A stretch of DNA of 61,267 nt, counting the filler. It is 10 parts of 10 records of this genome, joined end to end, with 100 filler letters (N's around TTAATTAATTAA, not from the genome) between each part and the next. Parts side by side here need not be neighbours in the genome. Positions count along the whole stretch, not along the records: positions 52,557 to 57,272 come from SRR7504441_11121; positions 57,373 to 61,267 come from SRR7504441_11123; 8 more parts are not named here. The stretch is one strand, 5' to 3'. The translations under genes and the position numbers were made by a program. Positions within the stretch are counted from its first letter, which is position 1; each line of letters starts with the position of its first letter. Positions 55,253 to 61,267 of this stretch are shown here, in pieces. The notes under the pieces were generated by a model that was not told the DNA's origin, ran no database searches, and saw only the letters and a list, made by a program, of their open reading frames with translations.

Positions 55253-56773
55253 ATGTACGACGCCCCGCTGGTAGCGCTGGCGATCGGCGGGATCGAGCTC
55301 TTCCGCCGGGCCGGGCTCTGGATCGAGCGACGGTGTCAGCAGCAGGGCCGGCAGTTCCCGGTGTGGCTGCACTGGTACACGTGGTATTATGGATTCATAC
55401 TCGGGCTCACCTTGCTGGCGATCATCAGCTCCATCGCAGACACCCTGGCAGTCACAGATTGGCTCGAGCCGACCGCGGCCGAGCGGCTGGCCAACCAAAC
55501 ACTGACTTCGGTGGACCATGAGGGCGACTACGTGATGTGGAAGGAGGAGGCCAGTCTGGAAGGCTACCAGGCGCTGAGGCTGCTCTCGCTGAGCACTCCG
55601 TTCTGGCTGCTCGGCACCTTTGCGGTGAGCGCGCTGCACACCCGGCTGCACGTGCTCAAGGTGCAGGCGAGTGGCGGGCTGCTCTGCTCGCCGCTGAGGG
55701 ACAGCACCCTGCGGATCCTGGGGCTGCCCATATGCTACGGGCTCATGTCGTTCAAGTCGGTGGTACGCATGTGGCAGCTCAGCGTCGACGCGATCAGCGA
55801 GGGCAGCCCCGACGATCCGTATTTCCACAGCTACGCCTCCAGGCGCGACTTTGTGCTCGAGATGTACGAGGCCAACTTCATGGTCGGGGACATCTACGAG
55901 GCGTACGCACTGGCCATCTTTGGCCGGCTGCTGATCGAGGTGCTCTCTCGCGCTCTGGCGAGCAGCGTGGCGAGCATCACTCCGCGCTCGACCACTCAGA
56001 GCGACCTGCAGCGGATGCACAGCAGCATGCGCAGCCTGACCATCGCCGGGATCATGCTCTTCTTCTGGGTCTGTCTACTCCAGGCTCTCTACTTCATCTT
56101 CGTCACCTCGATGGGCTTCATGGGCGTGCTCCCTCAGTACTTCAGCCCCGACAAGGAGGATCACAGCTTCTTCCAGGGCGAGCAGATCAAGGAGGCTGCC
56201 AGGTATTTTTTCTTAGGCGCCGGGTTTGTGGCGAGCTTTGCTGCGATCGGGAACATCATGCAGGTCGAGACCGCCTTCCACGACGCGCTCAAGGAGTTCC
56301 ATCCGGCACCAAAGTTCTGGGGCACCAAGATCCTGGTCACGCTAGCCTTCCTTCAGTCGTGCGGCCAGAAGGTCATCCCGCCGTTCAGCGAATGGTCCGA
56401 AGTGAGGAGCAATCTGCTCTACGCCTCCTGCCTGACAATAGAGTGCTTTGTGATCAGCCTGACCCACCTGTGCGCTTGGAACCACGACGAGCAGTGGTAC
56501 GTCGAGATCGAGGTGGACGATCAGCTACAGATGGGCGAGCACAGCGTGATGGACGATCCGGCGGGCGCCGGGGTGGTACTCGAGCTTGCCGAGCTAGATC
56601 CGAGGGCTGACGAGACAGCAGCTGCCCAAGAACTAGCATTAGATGTTAAGACGGCCGACGAGCCGCTAGTGTCGGCCGAAGAGGAGTATGACGCCGGCAA
56701 GGAGTCGCCCTCTGGCTATGCTAAGGTCAACATGGACAGCGTAGGCGTAGATGGGAGCCCTGCCGAGGACTAA
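55253..56773 (+). CDS. Organic solute transporter alpha / TMEM184 family membrane protein
   Basis: Multiple TM helices; RILGLP..Y, DIYEAYAL..F, P..KFWGTKILV...F.Q, L.IEC...H..AW. Confidence 0.85.
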   Translation: MYDAPLVALAIGGIELFRRAGLWIERRCQQQGRQFPVWLHWYTWYYGFILGLTLLAIISSIADTLAVTDWLEPTAAERLANQTLTSVDHEGDYVMWKEEASLEGYQALRLLSLSTPFWLLGTFAVSALHTRLHVLKVQASGGLLCSPLRDSTLRILGLPICYGLMSFKSVVRMWQLSVDAISEGSPDDPYFHSYASRRDFVLEMYEANFMVGDIYEAYALAIFGRLLIEVLSRALASSVASITPRSTTQSDLQRMHSSMRSLTIAGIMLFFWVCLLQALYFIFVTSMGFMGVLPQYFSPDKEDHSFFQGEQIKEAARYFFLGAGFVASFAAIGNIMQVETAFHDALKEFHPAPKFWGTKILVTLAFLQSCGQKVIPPFSEWSEVRSNLLYASCLTIECFVISLTHLCAWNHDEQWYVEIEVDDQLQMGEHSVMDDPAGAGVVLELAELDPRADETAAAQELALDVKTADEPLVSAEEEYDAGKESPSGYAKVNMDSVGVDGSPAED

Positions 56774-57372
56774 ATCTTTTGAATTAATTCATTCTTAATA
56801 TCATTCGTTCTCGATCGAAGCACATCAACTGTTGTTTTAATTACGCGTCGAATATATAATTATCAAATATCTATCAAATATCCACAAGGATCACCGGCGT
56901 ACGAGTAGTTAATTGACGTTGAGCAGATTGCTTTGGCTCTAGGTTGCGACGGAATGCTCATAGAATGCTCACCAAAGTATCACCAAAGCACGGCATGCGT
57001 ACACCGCCGCCCTCGCCCCTACTAGCTCAAGACTCGAAGACTTAGTATACTCAAGTAGGATTTCGGGAAACTTGACCATAAATCTCAAAGGAGCGGATGT
57101 GAAGGCATGTGAAACAAGAGCAGGAGGCTACGTGCGCTTCCACCAGGCAGTGGCGCGGCTGATGCTGGAGGGGCGAGCGGAGGGCCGGGCTGGTCGGAGC
57201 CGCGCGCTCCAGGCGCGGCAGCCGCGGTAAGCTGCATAGGCGTGTCGGGCCAACGGGCCGGCGACCATGGATNNNNNNNNNNNNNNNNNNNNNNNNNNNN
57301 NNNNNNNNNNNNNNNNTTAATTAATTAANNNNNNNNNNNNNNNNNNNNNNNNNNNNNNNNNNNNNNNNNNNN

Positions 57373-60300
57373 CCTGCTGGAGCTGTTCTGATCATTGCTT
57401 CGTAGACAGCACCTGGCCACAAGTTTTTGATCATGGTGGACGGCCCAAGACTCATAGAGTTTGTGTCTTCACATATGGTTGTCATTTTATCTGCACTGCA
57501 CCTGCTTGTCCCTCCTTCCTGCCAACTGCTTTCGCCAAGCTTGCGGAATAGTGTATTGTACTGACCAGCAGGTCCGCCTTTCCCCCAAGTCACCCCCAAG
57601 ACAGTTGAACTGATAGGTGTAACATTTGCAACAGGCAGAGTAGTGGAATGAAGCGGTGTAGCCGTGGCCGATGTAGCCTTGACTGCAACACTTGAGGCGT
57701 GCTCACTGAAAGCAGCTTTGAATTTGCTTTGGCGTTCAGACACCACAGATTCGCTGAGTGGAAGCTTCTTCTTGTAAGCCTTTGTCTCTGCGCTCAGCCA
57801 TTCAATCTTTGACTCGATCATTTTGGCCCTTCGCGCTTTAGAACGAAGAGGCCCATAGATAGGATCGAATTTAGAATCGATCTGAGCCTTGAGACTCTTG
57901 ATTCTTGCCTCCAAGACAGCAACTTGCTTGTCAGATAGCTCAGAAGCCAGATCGACTGTCATCGATGCCATATGTACTGCATTTGAGGATACAGAATCGA
58001 TCTCGGATGCTTTAGCTGACGCTTTTGCCTCTTTGAGTCTAAGGTCAGACAGCGTGACATTAGTCTCGTAGCTCGAGGCAGAGGCTTCATGCTCTGCAGC
58101 TGTGAGGTGCATGACACGATATTTTGCAGCAATTGTCTTGATCTGGGCCATTATGAGCATTGCATCTGCTCGCTCGTTGGCAGTCACTTCTCCCTCATCA
58201 GTCAGTCCAGCCAGCATCTGCTCGTTTGTAGCTCTCTGGCTTCGTAGATCAGCCTCCATCTTTTTGACTTCTGGCTGTCTCTGCCGCACTAGCTGTGAAA
58301 CAGATGCCACCTGGTCGTGCATCTGGCGTTTGCTTACGCGTGCTGCTGTGCACTCCTTCTCCATGAGCTCGACTTGCCTAGAAGCATTCACCAGCCAGCC
58401 AATGGAAGCGTCATCCTGGCGGAGACCCCAATCTCTTTTGCAGAACTCCTGTTTATGTCGGGTGCTCTCGAGCCTAGCCTCACAGGCATCCAGACGCCGT
58501 TCACGAGATCTTAGTTGGGCTGCCAGGAGGGATCGCTCTGCCATCAGCTGTGACATCTGAGCCTGGGCACGCGCCTCTTGCAGTGTTGCAATAGCCAGCG
58601 CAGCAATAGACTCTCTGACTTGAGCCACTGAGGATGTTTTACCTGCTGTTTGGCGTGTGTTCTTGATTGCTTGATACCAGTTCTCTTCTGCTGCTTCCAC
58701 GTCAGCTTCAGCCTGGAGTTTGATGACACTCAGATCGCGTATTTGGGTCTCAGTGGCACACACTCCGAATTCTCGGGATCGGGTGCCATGAAGCATAGGG
58801 TAAAGGCGTGAGAACCCAGTGAAGTTGTGCTTTGATTGCATGCTCCCAGCTGCTAGATCTCGCCCTCTGGACTCCGCCTCCCTCGCAATTACAGCAGCAA
58901 GGGCTTCATGCGCACTTCTCACAGCAGCCGCTGCCCGCCTCTCATTCCGTCTGGCAAGCAATCCAGCCAAATTGCTCGGCTTCGATTTGTACTCTGCTAG
59001 CTTCATACTTGCATCAGAACTTGCTTTGTACTCTGCTTCGGCGGCCTGGGCAGCATTCACAAGCTTGCTGCTTAGCCCTTGTAGCTGTGATGAAGTTTCT
59101 TTCATGGTGCCTGTGGCGTCTCGCGTCAGAAGACTTTCTAGTCTCGTTGAGTAGCCTGAGCCAGCAAAATTTATGGAGCTGTTCAGTGCAGCAAAAGCGG
59201 TGGTCCATAATCGGTCCGCAACGCGAATTTCACCCGTTCGACTCTGGGTACTGAGATGACGACACTCCTTGTAGGTTGCAGCCAGCCTTGTGACCAATCT
59301 TGCAGCTTCGTCTCGAACATGGACCACTTGCTGGTCTAGTAATGTTATGTCCGTAGCCTTGTTCGAGTTGGCTTGTCGAGCAGCGCTGGCTCTCAGCTCA
59401 GCCCTTGTTGCTGCAGCCTGCAGGTGAATGATTCTGGTGGAGACTAGATTGATGTCCCTTCTGCAGCGCTTGTCAGTTGCTGCAACCCGGTCAAGGAAGT
59501 CGTCACCACGTTCTTTCAGGGATTTGATGACCTCTGACGCCATAGATAGAGCCCCTTTCTTGTTACTGAGAGCATTGTTGAGGAGGGATTCTAGATTCTC
59601 TGCAGCCATCACCACCTGCATGATACTCTTTTGTACTGCACGGTCTGCTTCTTTGGCCAGCACAAAATGTGCCTCTGCCCGTGCCAGTGTCTGAATAGCT
59701 GCCTCGTGCTGTTCCTCACTTTCTGTCACACTATCGAGATTCAATTGCAGGGATGCCTCAAGCACGTTCTTGGAAACTCCACTTGGAGGCATGACAGCCT
59801 TGGCGTTCTCAAGGTCCACTTCGGCTTCACGAACTGATTGCTTTGCTCCGTCGACTTGCTGCTTGGCACGATCTAGATTGCTGGATGTGCGCTGCATCTT
59901 GTCCTCAAAGAAGGTTTTCAGGCCTTTAGCCTCCTGCAGCTTGAGACGTAGATGCGCAACGGTTTCTTCACTAACAGTTTCAAGTGTTTCAGAGGCCTCG
60001 ATAGCCTGATGTGTAGAATTCATTGCTCTTAGAATGCTGTCAGCGACAGCAAACTCAGCTGGTGCTACTTTAGTCTGGTTTTCTCGCTCAATCGTGGTCA
60101 TGTGTTTGTATTCCTTCACCAGCAGAATGGCTTTGTGATCGTCTGAGGCCTTGGTGCGCAGCTGCACATTAATCTTGTCTCTAGCGGCATTCAGGAGCCC
60201 TCCAGTTTGAGTTTCTTCTCTGGTCGCTCGCGAAAGTCCCATCTGAGCAGCACTCACATCTCGCTGCGCCTGGGCCACCTGCAACCCAACAACAGTTAGC

Positions 60301-61267
60301 CAGCATGCACACATGCATCGAACTCACCGACACGTTGAACACAGAAAGTTGCACACCAGATCTTCGGAACATCTGTATTGATTCCTCAACCACAGCGTCG
60401 TGCTGCTGCTCTGCGAGCTTCAACTCGTCCTTGTATCTCACAACAGCTGCCTTCTTTTCCTCCAGCGACACAGCAAGCTGCTTTTCTTCATGGAATAACT
60501 TGCGAAGTGCTGTGAGAACAATCGTGTCCTGGTGCTCCATGGCCTCCTCCTTGCCGTCAATTCCTATCCGCAGTGCTGCTAAGTCGTCTGCAGCTTCTGC
60601 TGCCCCCGCCTTTTCCCGTGTCTTGAGTGTAGCTTTCGCTGCAATCTGCATCTGCTCGAGTAATGCAGCTTTGTCCTCCTTCTGGCTCACCAACAATTTC
60701 AACTGGTCAAGCGATGAAGCTAGGGTGCCGATTTGCTGGTCGTCTGTCTGCACTTGACCTGCCAGCTCCAGGCAACGCTCCTCACTGTTCCACTCGTCTT
60801 TGGCCTTCCTGGCTTGCTCTGCTTGCACCTCAGACACAGCCATGATTGAGGAAGCCAGCGCTGCGGATGTCTCCTCCTCTTTCTTCTCTGCGTCAGCCAG
60901 AGACCTGATTGCTTCCTCGCTAGCCAGCTTGCTCTGCTTCATGCTGTCGGCTTCATGTGCGGCTTTGCGCTTCAACATCTTGCCTTGAGCTTTATTGGCT
61001 GCCTCCTGAGCTGTGAGCCCTCTCGCCTGCTCGCGCTGCCGCTCCTCCCTCTCGAGTCTGGCCTCCGCTGCCTTCCCTGCTCTCTCTAGAGATTGAGCAT
61101 ACGACTGCTGCCCTTTCTGAGCAGCAGCTTTGCTCTTGGACTTGAGCTCGCGGATCTTGGCTCGAGCCTTCTTTTGGCGCTTTTTGGAGAACAGTTCCAT
61201 CGCTCGATTGGCACCCGGTGTTGGCTGAGGAGTTGGCACCGCAGTTGGTCCAGGTGTGGTCGGAGAG
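57373..61267 (-). CDS. Very long coiled-coil protein with PT repeats and an FN3-like domain (both ends truncated)
   Basis: ORFs 60181..61239 and 57321..60314 are joined by a 49-nt GT-AG intron; IKNLWPGAVYEAMIR FN3 motif. Confidence 0.75.

Overview
Eukaryotic (protist) nuclear DNA. The window is not one locus: it is ten short contigs joined by artificial 100-nt spacers (44 N + TTAATTAATTAA + 44 N), so adjacency across spacers means nothing. The genome is compact and GC-rich, uses the standard code, and has many very short (mostly ~37-50 nt) spliceosomal introns. Most ORFs in the supplied track are antisense shadows or unspliced fragments. About 38 genes can be modelled by hand, including sestrin, RBBP9, mL54, the PRIM1 3' end, a PHAX-domain protein, a TPR-JmjC hydroxylase, ankyrin-RING, a sedolisin, a multicopper oxidase, a GMC oxidoreductase, an OSTalpha/TMEM184 transporter, a lipase, F-box proteins, and EF-hand and coiled-coil proteins. 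Most notable: (1) many GC-AG micro-introns with no intronic donor consensus; (2) an mRNA capping-enzyme homologue with both active sites degenerate; (3) a stand-alone voltage-sensor domain fused to a CCHC finger and an unknown C-terminal domain; (4) a PHAX-PAM2 fusion; (5) recurrent 11-bp tandem doublets and TAC-NN-GTA motifs in intergenic DNA; (6) extremely tight head-to-head gene pairs; (7) a speculative U1-like sequence. All gene models and family calls were made by eye, without database searches or RNA evidence.
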